From Vulcanimicrobiota bacterium (GTDB lineage: Bacteria; Vulcanimicrobiota; Vulcanimicrobiia; Vulcanimicrobiales; Vulcanimicrobiaceae), in NCBI GenBank assembly GCA_963723515.1, contig CAVRQT010000002.1:160001-224000 (forward strand): 64,000 nucleotides of DNA, written 5' to 3'. The position numbers were made by a program, and so were the translations under genes. Below the pieces are notes generated by a model. That model saw only the letters and a program-made list of their open reading frames with translations, ran no database searches and was not told the DNA's origin. Shown here in pieces: positions 32,920-43,026 of the stretch; the stretch's first letter is position 1, and each line of letters starts with the position of its first letter.

Positions 32920-33807
32920 CTAAAATGTATCGCCGGACGCTTCAAGCGCTCGGCGCAGATATAAAGGAAGAGCGAAGATTCGGCGGTGCGTTTGGGCGTC
33001 GTAGAAGAAATTCGCGCCGCGCAACTCACTCGTGTAGCGGTCGATCGCAGATGGATCTAACTCTGCGACGTCGATCTCGTCGCTACAGGCGATGAACGAC
33101 CAATCGTTATCAAATGCCGGGACGTGCGTGTAGAAGGAACGGACGTGGCGATAGTACTCTCGCAACGTGCGCGCCATTTTGGCGTGAAGCGTGCAGTTAT
33201 GAAAGCCCGCGCTACTCGCTTGAAGGGTGTAGACGCCGCCGTCTGCGAGGCGCGCTTTGATCGCCTCGAACACCGGCGCACAGAAGAGCGGATGGGACGG
33301 TGAGTCGCCGAGCGGCTCGGTTAGATCGGAGATAATGACGCCGTAGCGCTCTTGGTCTTCATGTAAGAATTGGACGGCGTCGCCGATGAGGACACGCGCG
33401 CGCGGATCATCGAATGCGCCGGCGGACCACTCCGGCAAGTATTCCTTGGAGAGCTCAACGACTTGCCCGTCGATGTCCACCATCGTTGCGCGCTGGACGT
33501 CCGGGCAACGCAAGACCTCGCGCAGCGTCGCTCCTTCACCGCCGCCCAAAATCAAGATTTTGGATCGATCGCGCGCCGCCGCAAGCGCGGGGTGCACCAG
33601 CGCTTCATGGTAGATCTTCTCGTCGGCCTGTGAACTTTGCGTGTCGCCGTCGATGATCAGCATCTTGCCGAATACCGGCGTGCGAACGACGCCGACGCTT
33701 TGATATGGCGTGCGTCCGGCGTAATAAAATTCTTCGATTGCGTGGCGGTGCTCTTCACTCGGAGAGAACTGCTCGACGTACCATTGCCAGCGTTCCGTTT
33801 TAGGCAT
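32920..33807 (-). CDS. speE: Spermidine synthase / polyamine aminopropyltransferase
   Basis: DE.IYHEALVHP, LGGGEGATLRE, VDID, IISDL. Confidence 0.92.
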   Translation of the reverse strand: MPKTERWQWYVEQFSPSEEHRHAIEEFYYAGRTPYQSVGVVRTPVFGKMLIIDGDTQSSQADEKIYHEALVHPALAAARDRSKILILGGGEGATLREVLRCPDVQRATMVDIDGQVVELSKEYLPEWSAGAFDDPRARVLIGDAVQFLHEDQERYGVIISDLTEPLGDSPSHPLFCAPVFEAIKARLADGGVYTLQASSAGFHNCTLHAKMARTLREYYRHVRSFYTHVPAFDNDWSFIACSDEIDVAELDPSAIDRYTSELRGANFFYDAQTHRRIFALPLYLRRALEASGDTF

Positions 33808-33870
33808 GTTGATGCGGCGCGCCGCTATCGCGGCTCGCGTCTTACTCCAGCGTTGCGGTGAAGGGTGGGG

Positions 33871-34290
33871 TTATGCGCTGCGTCCGGAGAGGGCGCGCTC
33901 TTCGCGATCTGTCGTGATGACGTGCGTAAACTCGCCTTTGGCCGCTTCGATGCCACGCTTTACTTCGGTCGTGCGCATCGTCGAAGCGCCGAAGGCTCGC
34001 GCCGCGTATTCGCATGCGGCCCACGGATCGGTGTGCTCGCCGCACGTGTAAAAATCCATGGCTGCATAACCCGTCTCGGGCCATGTGTGGATCGAAAGAT
34101 GCGATTCAGCCAGCACGACCACGCCGGAGACTCCCTGCGGCTCGAACCGGTGAAATGCGGTCTCCATGATCGTTGCCTTGGCTTCGCGTGCCGCCTGCAC
34201 GAGGTGTGATCGGACGCCGTTGACATCGCTGAGCACTTTGCGATCGCAGCCCGAAAGCTCGCAGACGATGTGAGTGCCGAGTGCCTTCAA
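33871..34290 (-). CDS. speD: S-adenosylmethionine decarboxylase proenzyme (likely TTG start at 34290)
   Basis: F.PQGVS.V..LAESHLSIHTWPE (E-S autocleavage site), DFYTCG; GAGGAG precedes the TTG. Confidence 0.93.
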   Translation of the reverse strand: MKALGTHIVCELSGCDRKVLSDVNGVRSHLVQAAREAKATIMETAFHRFEPQGVSGVVVLAESHLSIHTWPETGYAAMDFYTCGEHTDPWAACEYAARAFGASTMRTTEVKRGIEAAKGEFTHVITTDREERALSGRSA

Positions 34291-34489
34291 TTTGCTCTCC
34301 TCGAGTTTTGGGAAATCCCACCTCCGGACTACGTCGGCTGGCGTCTGCGGTGCAGTCACGTCCCCGACCTATCGGCGAACTCTTGCCGGCGCGTTTCGGT
34401 GCGCGGGCGTCTCGCCGCGATGGCACGTTCGGGCGTGCCTCCCCTCCCGTGGCGTTCTCGGCCTCTCCTGCCGAAAACGCTCGGCGACT

Positions 34490-34518
34490 ATAGTACCCCC
34501 CTTGCCCCCCTCTGTAAA
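34490..34518 (-). promoter_or_regulatory. Sigma70-type promoter for the speD operon
   Basis: Minus strand TTTACA-17 bp-TACTAT. Confidence 0.6.
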
Positions 34519-34595
34519 GGTGACGGCGTACCGTCGTCGCCGCGAAGCCGGCGGAGTTCGCAACCCGGCACACAGGGCGTACGTTGAAGAAAGTG

Positions 34596-34643
34596 AAGAT
34601 ACTACTTACTTATCTTGACCGCCCGTGGGTACAAGGGTACCCT
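34596..34643 (+). promoter_or_regulatory. Putative sufB promoter with overlapping inverted repeat
   Basis: TTGACC-17 bp-TACCCT; AAGATA-N9-TATCTT overlaps the -35. Confidence 0.45.
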
Positions 34644-34680
34644 CGAAGCCGCGGAACGATAGGGGAACGGAAGAAAGCGC

Positions 34681-36098
34681 ATGGCGACCCAACTGAAGCC
34701 GACGACCTTAATTGAGGATTACCGCCACGGGTTCCACGACCCGCGAGGACGGTACGTCTTCAAGTCGGGCAAAGGGGCTGACGCGCGACATCGTTCACCG
34801 CATCAGCGAGATGAAGAACGAGCCGGCAGTGGATGCGAGAGTTCCGGCTCAAAGCGCTCGACATTTTCTTGAGCAAACCGATGCCGACGTGGGGCGACAC
34901 CGCGCTTCTCAACGAGATCGATTTTGACAACATCCACTACTTCGTCAAATCGACCGAAGGCACGGAGCGTTCATGGGACGACGTGCCGGACGACATCAAG
35001 CGCACATTCGATCGTCTGGGGATTCCGGAAGCAGAGCGCAAGTTTTTGGCGGGCGTTTCCGCGCAATACGAATCCGAGGTCGTCTACCACTCGATTCGCG
35101 AGGATCTTGAGAAGCAAGGCGTCCTCTTCTGCGACATGGACACCGCATTGCGCGAGCATCCGGAGATCGTCAAGAAGTATTTCGCGACCATCATTCCGCC
35201 GGGCGATAACAAGTTTGCTGCGCTGAATTCCGCAGTCTGGTCCGGCGGATCGTTCGTCTACGTGCCGCCGGGCGTTGAAGTGAAGACGCCGCTTCAGGCC
35301 TACTTCCGCATCAACATGGAGAACATGGGCCAGTTCGAGCGGACGCTGATCATTGCCGACAAAGGTTCGAAGGTTCACTACATCGAGGGTTGTACGGCGC
35401 CGAAGTTCTCGACGAGTTCGCTGCATAGCGCGGTCGTTGAATTGATCGCGATGGAAGGCGCTTCGATTCGTTACACGACGATCCAGAACTGGTATCGCAA
35501 CATCTTCAATTTGGTCACAAAGCGTGCGATCGCACACAAGAACGCGACGGTCGAATGGGTCGACGGCAACATGGGCTCGCGGCTGACGATGAAGTATCCG
35601 TCGATCTACTTGATGGGCGAAGGCGCGCGCGGCGAGATTCTTTCGATGGCGTTTGCCAGCGAAGGGCAGCATCAGGATGCCGGCGCAAAGGTCATTCATG
35701 TCGCTCCGAACACAACCTCGATGGTGACGAACAAATCAGTCTCGGCGCACGGCGGCAAGACGACGTACCGCGGGCTGGTTGAGATTTTCCCCGGCGCAGT
35801 CGGCGCAAAGACGCGCGTTCGTTGCGACGCGCTGATCATGGACGAGAAATCGTCGAGCGATACGAAACCGACGATGAAGATTCACGAGCAACGCGCGACC
35901 GTCGAGCATGAGGCCAGCGTCTCGAAGCTCGGCGAAGATCAGTTGTTTTACGCGATGAGCCGCGGCTTCAGCGAAGCCGAAGCAACTGCGATGATCGTCA
36001 ACGGCTTCTTTGACTTCTTCGTCAAGGAGTTGCCAATGGAGTATGCGCTCGAACTCAATCGCTTGGTCCAATTAGAGATGGAAGGTGCGGTAGGTTAA
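34681..36098 (+). CDS. sufB: Fe-S cluster assembly protein SufB (frameshifts in the first ~150 nt)
   Basis: [51 protein letters not shown]. Confidence 0.95.
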
Positions 36099-36147
36099 TA
36101 TTATTCGAAGAAAATGCAAGCATTTTCTTCGAGGAGAATCAAGCGGT

Positions 36148-36188
36148 AGAAACAAGAGCGGACAATAAATGCCCGCTCTTGTTTCTTA
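36148..36188. terminator. Probable bidirectional intrinsic terminator after sufB
   Basis: AGAAACAAGAGCGG-N11-CCGCTCTTGTTTCT, a perfect 14-bp stem between convergent genes. Confidence 0.7.
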
Positions 36189-36318
36189 ATTCGGCCGCAC
36201 TTCCTAGGCGTACATCGGTGCTTCACGCAATCACAACAAATGTCAGAGCTTTCGCAGGAAAACGCCGCCAAAACGCCGCGTCATCAACCAAAGTGTGAGA
36301 TGGCAGACTATGTAGGCA

Positions 36319-36612
36319 TTACTGAAGTGCCGGGCGGTGGACCCGAGTACCGCAGGGCGGCCCGCCACGCACGCGTCGCAGTTCTTGCTCGATCGGCCAA
36401 TCCGCGAATGCGAAGTAGATCAGCACGATAAAATTGACAAGCGGTACCAGCATCAGCAGCGACAGAATTCCACTGTAGCCTGCCTTCGATGCGATGCGCC
36501 AATAGCAAACGATCGTCAAAACGATGATCGCGCAGATAAAGAGCAACCAAATCAACCAAAAAGCGCCGAAGAGCGCCATCCATTGGGCATTGTGAGCGTC
36601 GGAAGTAGGCAT
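36319..36612 (-). CDS. Small membrane protein (DUF805-like)
   Basis: WRIASKAGYSG..SLLMLVPLVN...FAF.DWP. Confidence 0.7.
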   Translation of the reverse strand: MPTSDAHNAQWMALFGAFWLIWLLFICAIIVLTIVCYWRIASKAGYSGILSLLMLVPLVNFIVLIYFAFADWPIEQELRRVRGGPPCGTRVHRPALQ

Positions 36613-36674
36613 AAGCTATGACTCCTTCATAAAGAGCATTCCGACTCAACTTCTGATTTGGAGCTTCAACCCCT

Positions 36675-36977
36675 ATGGCCGAACCCGTCGCAAAGAAGTC
36701 CTCAATTGCACCCGGCACCACGATGAAAGTTATGGTCGACGAAGCGCCGGTGTTATTATGCAACGTTGACAACCAAATCTACGCGATCGAAGACGTCTGC
36801 ACGCATGACGGCGGCGAGCTGGACCAAGGCGACCTCGAAGGCGATCGCATCATGTGTCCGCGCCACGGTTCGTATTTCGACGTAAAAACCGGTGATGCGC
36901 TGACGCTTCCTGCCGTGTTGCCTGTGGCGACGTACAATGTGCGCGTCGAGGGTGACGACATCTACGTCGAAGCGTAA
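36675..36977 (+). CDS. Rieske [2Fe-2S] ferredoxin
   Basis: CTHD ... CPRHGS. Confidence 0.92.
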   Translation: MAEPVAKKSSIAPGTTMKVMVDEAPVLLCNVDNQIYAIEDVCTHDGGELDQGDLEGDRIMCPRHGSYFDVKTGDALTLPAVLPVATYNVRVEGDDIYVEA

Positions 36978-37013
36978 CGTCGCGAGGGAACGTTGGACTA
37001 CTTAATAAGGTTC

Positions 37014-39196
37014 TTGATAGTTAAGCGAATCGGCGTGGTGCTGATTAGCCGCGGCCGCTGTGCTGCGCCCTGGCGATTGGTGCATTTGTCCTTTATTTGG
37101 CGATCAGTTTTCACACCGCCGTTTCACGTACCGATGGAACGATGAAGTTGCCCGGCCTGCGCGCGCCCGTCAGCATCGTTCGTGACGAACGCGATATCCC
37201 GCACATCACCGCACGCAACGAACATGACCTCTTCGAAGCGCAGGGATTCGCCGAAGGTTCGGATCGGTTGTTCCAAATCGATCTGACACGTCGCGCCGTG
37301 TACGGACGGCTCGCCGAATGGTTCGGCGCTCGTGCTTTAGACGCGGATGAGCGCGCGCGAATTATCGACGTGCGTGGCATCGTTGCTCGCCAATTCTCGC
37401 ATTTGACCGCAGCGCCAGCGCGATGAACTGCGAGCATTTAGCGACGGCGTTAACGCGGCGATCCAATCGCAGCCGCTTCCCTTTGAGTATCGTCTCTTGA
37501 TGGTGCGCCCGGAGCATTGGACGTCCCGAGGATTCACTCGCCGTCGGTTTTGCAACGGTGCTCGTGCTCTCCGATTCGTATCGCGACGTGCTTGAGCGTG
37601 ACGCCGTCTACAATGCTTCTACGATCGCGCCATCCACCATCATTAGCCGAACGTCGAGCAATACGACGCGCTCTATCCGTTATCGGATCCTAAGTACGAG
37701 GCGCCGACGGCCGAAGCTGCGGGTCGCGCGGGCAGTAACGCTTGGGCAGCGGGAGCCGCGCATTCCTCGACGGGCCGAGCACTCTTAGCGAACGATCCGC
37801 ACCTCGCGCCGTCGATTCCGGGAATCTGGTATCTCGTCGATCTGCGCGCGCCGAGCTACCATGCCGCGGGCGCCTCGCTCGCGGGAACGCCGGGCGTGAT
37901 TCTGGGACACAACGACTCGATTGCTTGGGGAGTCACGAACGGAGATGCGGCAGCGGTTAGCGTCTTCTGCCGGCTCGCGCCATCGAGGTTCGACGCCGTC
38001 GAGGAACGCTTTCATGTGCGCTTTGGCGGCGCGACAGTCGCGAAGTTATTTTCGAGATCGGCGCGGCTTCTATGTTTACGACGATCAAACAAATGAAAAG
38101 TGCCTCGTCGCATGGAGCGCCTACACTAACCCGACATCCCCGATCTCTGCATTTGATGGGCTGGATCGCGCAGCGTCGCTCGAAGCGGCGCGAGCGGCGC
38201 TGCTGCAATATCCTGGACCGACGCAGAACTTCGTTGTGGCACAGCGCGATGGGCGCGTTGCATATCAGCTCGCCGGTTGGATTCCAAACGACCCGGCGTG
38301 GGCGCGTTACGCGCACCGCGAGGGCTATCGTGCCTACCCGATCTTGCCGTTTCGTCTTCTGCCGCATGTTGCCGCTTCACAAAACGCAATCGTTTGGACC
38401 GCGAACAATAAAATGTACGGCAAGAGTTACAGGTACCGGCTCAGCGCGACATTCGAGCAGCCATATCGTGCCTTTCGCATCGAGCAATTGCTCAAAGGCC
38501 CGGCGCAAATACGACGTAGCGTATTTCTCGCAGATGCAAGCCGACGTCTATTCGATCGCGGATCTCGAGTTGGCGAAAGCGTTGGGCGCCATCGCGAAGC
38601 GCAGCCCATTTCCGAGTCAGCAGCCAGTGTTCGCGGCGATTGCCCGCTGGGACGGACAGTTCGAGCCGGATTCGAGCGCAGCCACGATCGTACATGACAT
38701 GCGCGTCAACGAAACGGCATCGCCCTTCGGCGGACGCGATCTGATTACGTCATTCCTTGAAGATCTACGCAGGAAACGATCGAGCAACGCGCACGATACG
38801 GTGGATCGCGCATTCCATTGTCCAACGGTTGCGCGCGCTCCCTGCGTGCGCCGAATTCCATGGCGCGAGGCAGGTGCTGTAACGATCCGCCATCCGCTTC
38901 ACGGCCTGGGGATTGGATGGCTCGATGGGCCAACATTCCCTGGCGACGGCGACAAATTTACGATTCGCGTTCAGCGCCAACCGTTCACGCAAAGTTTTCG
39001 CGCAGTCTGGGACGTGGGGAATTGGGACGCCGGCGGCATCGTCATTCCATGCGGCGAGTCGGGCGAACCTGGTTCACCGCATTATCAAGATTTAGCACGT
39101 GATTGGATCGCTCACCGTCTCATTGCGTTGCCTTTCTCTAGCGTTGCTGTAAGGCGCCACGCCGTCAGCACACAAACGCTCGTACCTTGGGAATAA
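37014..39196 (+). CDS. Penicillin acylase (peptidase S45) family protein, multiple frameshifts
   Basis: RD..IPHI.A, AQG...DRLFQ, GSNAW (~37731), LANDPHL, GHN..IAWG.TN, ANN, GESG...SPHY.D. Confidence 0.85.
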
Positions 39197-39197
39197 G

Positions 39198-39473
39198 ATG
39201 GTTATGGCCAAGAAGAAACACCGTTACAGCGCAAAGGAACACCGGCAGATCGAGCACATCAAGCAGAGCGAAGAAGCGCGCGGCCTTTCCGCGCAACAAG
39301 CCCAAGCGATCGGATACGCTACGGTCAATAAGCAAGATCCCGCCAAGCATCGATTTACGGCGAAGGAAGATCGTCAAGCCGAGCACATCATCGAGTCAGA
39401 AGAGTCGCGCGGCAAGTCGAAGGCCGACGCGAAGCGCATTGCCTATGCGACGGTCAACAAGCAGCGCTCTTAA
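39198..39473 (+). CDS. Small basic protein made of two ~40-aa repeats
   Basis: KHRxxAKExRQxEHIxxSEExRGxSxxxAxxIxYATVNKQ occurs twice. Confidence 0.75.
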   Translation: MVMAKKKHRYSAKEHRQIEHIKQSEEARGLSAQQAQAIGYATVNKQDPAKHRFTAKEDRQAEHIIESEESRGKSKADAKRIAYATVNKQRS

Positions 39474-39479
39474 CGAACG

Positions 39480-39662
39480 CTAAACGATTTCGTCTTCATC
39501 CGCCTGGTGGACGCTGCGCTGATCGTCCTGATTCGGATTCATGTCGGTGTCACCGTACACGGCTTCATTGCGCTGCCGCGGCGGTTCGGGCTTCTCTTCG
39601 CGAATGATGTTCGTGATCGTCCGTTCGGCGGTGGTATCGTCGAGGTCATTCCGTTTGTCCAT
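39480..39662 (-). CDS. Small acidic hypothetical protein
   Basis: 60-aa ORF directly after the co-oriented hydrolase. Confidence 0.5.
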   Translation of the reverse strand: MDKRNDLDDTTAERTITNIIREEKPEPPRQRNEAVYGDTDMNPNQDDQRSVHQADEDEIV

Positions 39663-39671
39663 GGGATGCTG

Positions 39672-40623
39672 TTACCCGTTTTTTAACGCGTTCGATAAGA
39701 ACTCGGTTATCTGCGGCCACGCCTGCGCTGCTGCACGCACATTCGCGTCTTTGGTACCGCCGAGCAAGAGCGTCGCAGGTCCCATAGGCGCCTGGGTCAG
39801 TGGCTGCTGCGGCGTCGCAAATAAGAAGATGTGCCCGGCGCCCGCAAAGTGTTGGAAGACGTCATTGTATGGATGGCTGTGTGCTTTGAGGTAAGCCATT
39901 CCGAGCTCTGATTGCGCGACAGAATTCCAAATCTGGTCGTCGTCCGCGGCAATGAAAAAGATGGGGCCATGCACGTTTTCCAGGTGAAACATCGCCGCGG
40001 GAATCGTCGCGGCGTTTTCTTTCATCGAAGCGTCGTAGCCGGGCCGCAAATCAAGCGGTTTGCCCTGCGCGAACGCCGCCCCAAAAATCGCCCCCATCGA
40101 AGAGCTATACGGCACGAAAGGCACGGGTTTGCCCGCAACACGTCCATGACGAATGCGCAGTCGGTTCGGGCCCTTGCGCAATGCTTTGCCAAGCGAACGG
40201 ACTCGGAACATCTGCAACGACGGCATGAATTTGCGGGTAGGTTGATGCCGCCAACAGTGCAAATTCGCCCCCTTTTGAGATGCCGAAGATCGCAATGCGA
40301 TTCGCATCGACGTCGGCACGCGCGCTGATTGCATCGAGCGCCTTGCCGACCGTCTCAACCGGAATCTCTTCTAGAATTTGCGGGAGTCCCGGCAGCCCGA
40401 AATACGCAACCGACGCCGCAAGGTATCCCGCCGAAGCAAAGCGCGGCGCGGAATAAGACATCTGATTTCCGCCTTCGGAGCCGCCCAACAGCAGAATCGC
40501 CGGATGTTTTCCGGTGCTGGACGGGGTGCAAATCGTCCCAACAAATCCGGTGGCATTCGTGCAATTGGGAGGAAGCGATGGTGTCGCGGCTGCGATCGTT
40601 AGCGCCGCCAAAAAAGATAACAC
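39672..40623 (-). CDS. Secreted BAAT/acyl-CoA thioesterase-like alpha/beta hydrolase (frameshift near 40140)
   Basis: Signal peptide; LGGSEGG, GISKGGE (nucleophile), DDQIW, AGH. Confidence 0.82.
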
Positions 40624-40909
40624 TATGAAACTCTCCCTTGCTTAAGAATTGCTTGCATTTCACGAACGTGGTGGACGAATGCTGCGCGGCCTTGTTTCGT
40701 CAAGCCGGTAGCGCGTTTGCGGTCGTCGATCGACGAAAATCTTCTCCTCGGAAACGTAACCGCGCGTCGACGAGCTTCGCTAAGTGAGCGCCGAGGTTCC
40801 CCTGCGTTGTTCCGATTGCTTTTTGCAACGCAGGGAACGTTGCCCACTCAGCCGTCAGCAACTCAGCGATCGCGCTCAGCCGAATCTTTGAGAGCAAAAG
40901 CTCATCCAT
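40623..40909 (-). CDS. Winged-helix transcriptional regulator (ArsR/MarR-like; frameshifted)
   Basis: MDELLLSKIRL...F..L....GTTQGNLG.HL.KL...RPQT..LT..GRAAF. Confidence 0.8.
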
Positions 40910-41486
40910 TATAGCGACGCCCGTGCGGCCCGCTTCAGTGGCGATACCGGCGCCCACATATCCGATCAGCATGCCGAGCGCCAAAATGATGCCTATCGCA
41001 TGCGGGAAAAAATTCGCAACAATGATCGAAGCGAACAACACGACGCCGCCTCCGAGTGCAAAACGATTTCCTTGGACCCCAATAAACGTTAGCGGTATCG
41101 CATAGGCGATCGACCAGATCGCGCCGTCGGCCCAACCGTTGAAGATATTTCCTGAGAAGACGGCGACGCCGGCTGCGCACAGCGATATGTAGAGCACACG
41201 AAGATACTGTGCCTGAATGATGCTTAGCCGCCCGCAGCGACGCGCTCGGCTTGCATAGACGATCGTCGTTGTTATGGCTGCGCCGTAAAGGATGATCGCC
41301 GGCACAAACCACCACCAGACGAATACGCGTCGAGTACCAGCTGATCGCCTGAAACGTCAAGTCGACGACAGCGGCCACGACGCCCCAAAACACCAACAGC
41401 GTTCCGCTGGGGTGAATCGTGCGTTCAGCGTGCGCTAAGACGCGATCGACGACGTCGAGCTGCTCGCGCGCTTCGGGCACATTCAT
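40909..41486 (-). CDS. Hypothetical membrane protein (frameshifted)
   Basis: AREQL..VDR..LLVFWG N-terminus followed by ~5 TM segments; stop overlaps the regulator start. Confidence 0.65.
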
Positions 41487-41683
41487 ATGCGCGGTCCCCA
41501 TCCGGCGAAGGTTGTATGAATGGCGATCGATTTAGGCTCGTCGTGAGCTCAGCCGCAGACCGCGCTCCGGAGTCAACGAGTGCGACGCAGGCATGATCAT
41601 GGTTTGTCGTCCTTTCTTAGACTACTCTATTATTTAGACTAGTCTAGAGATTACCGAAAAGAACGCGGCTTGTCAAGCGCTGT

Positions 41684-41713
41684 TTGACACTCCGAACAAG
41701 CCGATGTTAAGGT
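41684..41713 (+). promoter_or_regulatory. Putative rplU promoter
   Basis: TTGACA-18 bp-TAAGGT with extended -10 TG. Confidence 0.45.
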
Positions 41714-41722
41714 TCCTAGGTT

Positions 41723-42035
41723 ATGTATGCGATCATCGAGACAGGCGGCAAGCAATTCAAGGTCGCCGAGGGGGACGTCATCCGCTGCGACATCGCCGGC
41801 GGAGCCGGGATCCGACGTGACCTTCGACCGAGTTGCGCTGGCCGGCAAAGGCGCGAAATCGCTCGTCGGGACGCCGGTCGTCGAAGGCGCCAAAGTGACC
41901 GGCACGGTTCTGCGCCAGGGCAAAGGGCGCAAGATCTTGGTTTTCAAGTACAAGCCGAAGAAACGCGTTCGCAAGCTGACCGGCCACCGCCAGCGATTCT
42001 CGGAAGTGAAGATCACAAAGATCGACCTTCCCTAA
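41723..42035 (+). CDS. rplU: 50S ribosomal protein L21 (frameshift near 41800)
   Basis: MYAIIETGGKQFKV.EGD; FKYKPKK..RK..GHRQ. Confidence 0.95.
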
Positions 42036-42044
42036 GGCAGCCGC

Positions 42045-42425
42045 CTGCTCACCGTCATCTTCTTTAGAGACAGCCGCCAACGGCTGTTTTCTGTTTCCGC
42101 CGAAGGGCATGCGGGTTGGGATCAAGAGGGTCAAGATGTCGTCTGCGCGGCCGTTTCCGCGATTCTGCAGGCTGCACGGCTGGGGCTCGAACAGCATGCT
42201 CGCGCCAATCTGCGTGCCGAGCAAAGCAAAGGAACGTTTTCGCTAAGCGTGCCTGCCGAAAAACGGGATGACCCCGCCGTCGCGGCGATCATCGACACCG
42301 CACGCCTTGCGATCGAGCGAATATCCAAGGACTATTCCGATCACGTTCGCTACGATATAAGGCCGCTTGACGCGAAACCCGCCGCCGCAAGGTGGGTAAG
42401 TACTGACGACGACAGAGGAGCAACC
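42045..42425 (+). CDS. prp: Ribosomal-processing cysteine protease Prp (apparent CTG start; no stop before the next gene)
   Basis: GHAG....G.DVVCAAVSA motif immediately after rplU. Confidence 0.8.
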
Positions 42426-42698
42426 ATGACCGATACTTTCAAACCCACACCGGCCGATACGTACGCCGGCTCGACCTACAATAGTGCGGCGGAGAATAAC
42501 ACGAGCTACGAACCGACCGACGATACTCCGGATGTCGGCAAGGCGCTGCTGATCGGCGTTTTGGGCGGTATCCTCTCAGCAGCCGGTTATCTTGTGTATC
42601 AACGCTTGCCGGAAGAGCACAAACAGCGGCTGCAGTCGCAAGCGAAGACGGCGTTGCAACAACGCCTCAACGACATTCGCAGCAACTTCAACATCTAA
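42426..42698 (+). CDS. Hypothetical single-TM protein
   Basis: AGAGGAG SD before ATG; one hydrophobic helix and a coiled C-terminus. Confidence 0.65.
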   Translation: MTDTFKPTPADTYAGSTYNSAAENNTSYEPTDDTPDVGKALLIGVLGGILSAAGYLVYQRLPEEHKQRLQSQAKTALQQRLNDIRSNFNI

Positions 42699-42928
42699 GG
42701 CACGTTTGGGGGCCGGTGCTCCGGCGCATTGGCCGGCGCATTGGCCTGCGGCGCGGCCGGTTCGTAGTCGTCCGCTGCGCGCTCCATTTCTCGGATAAAA
42801 CTCTGCGAGGTGTTCTGCACGTCGCGCATGACGTGGCCCGCTTTGCGCATGATGCCGGGAAGGCGCTCGGGCCCAAAGAGCAGCAGTGCGCCGACGCCCA
42901 AGATCGCGATTTCCGTCACCGAAAGCAT
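42695..42928 (-). CDS. Twin-arginine translocase TatA/TatB family subunit
   Basis: E...L...ALLLFGPERLP. Confidence 0.85.
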   Translation of the reverse strand: MLSVTEIAILGVGALLLFGPERLPGIMRKAGHVMRDVQNTSQSFIREMERAADDYEPAAPQANAPANAPEHRPPNVP

Positions 42929-43026
42929 AAAGCGCCCTCTCGTTCGGCAGGGCTCTCCTGCGGACCCGTGCAAGGACCGATGTCCGCCGACTCCCGGTTC
43001 ACTTTAGAGCAAAGGCTGACTTCCTT

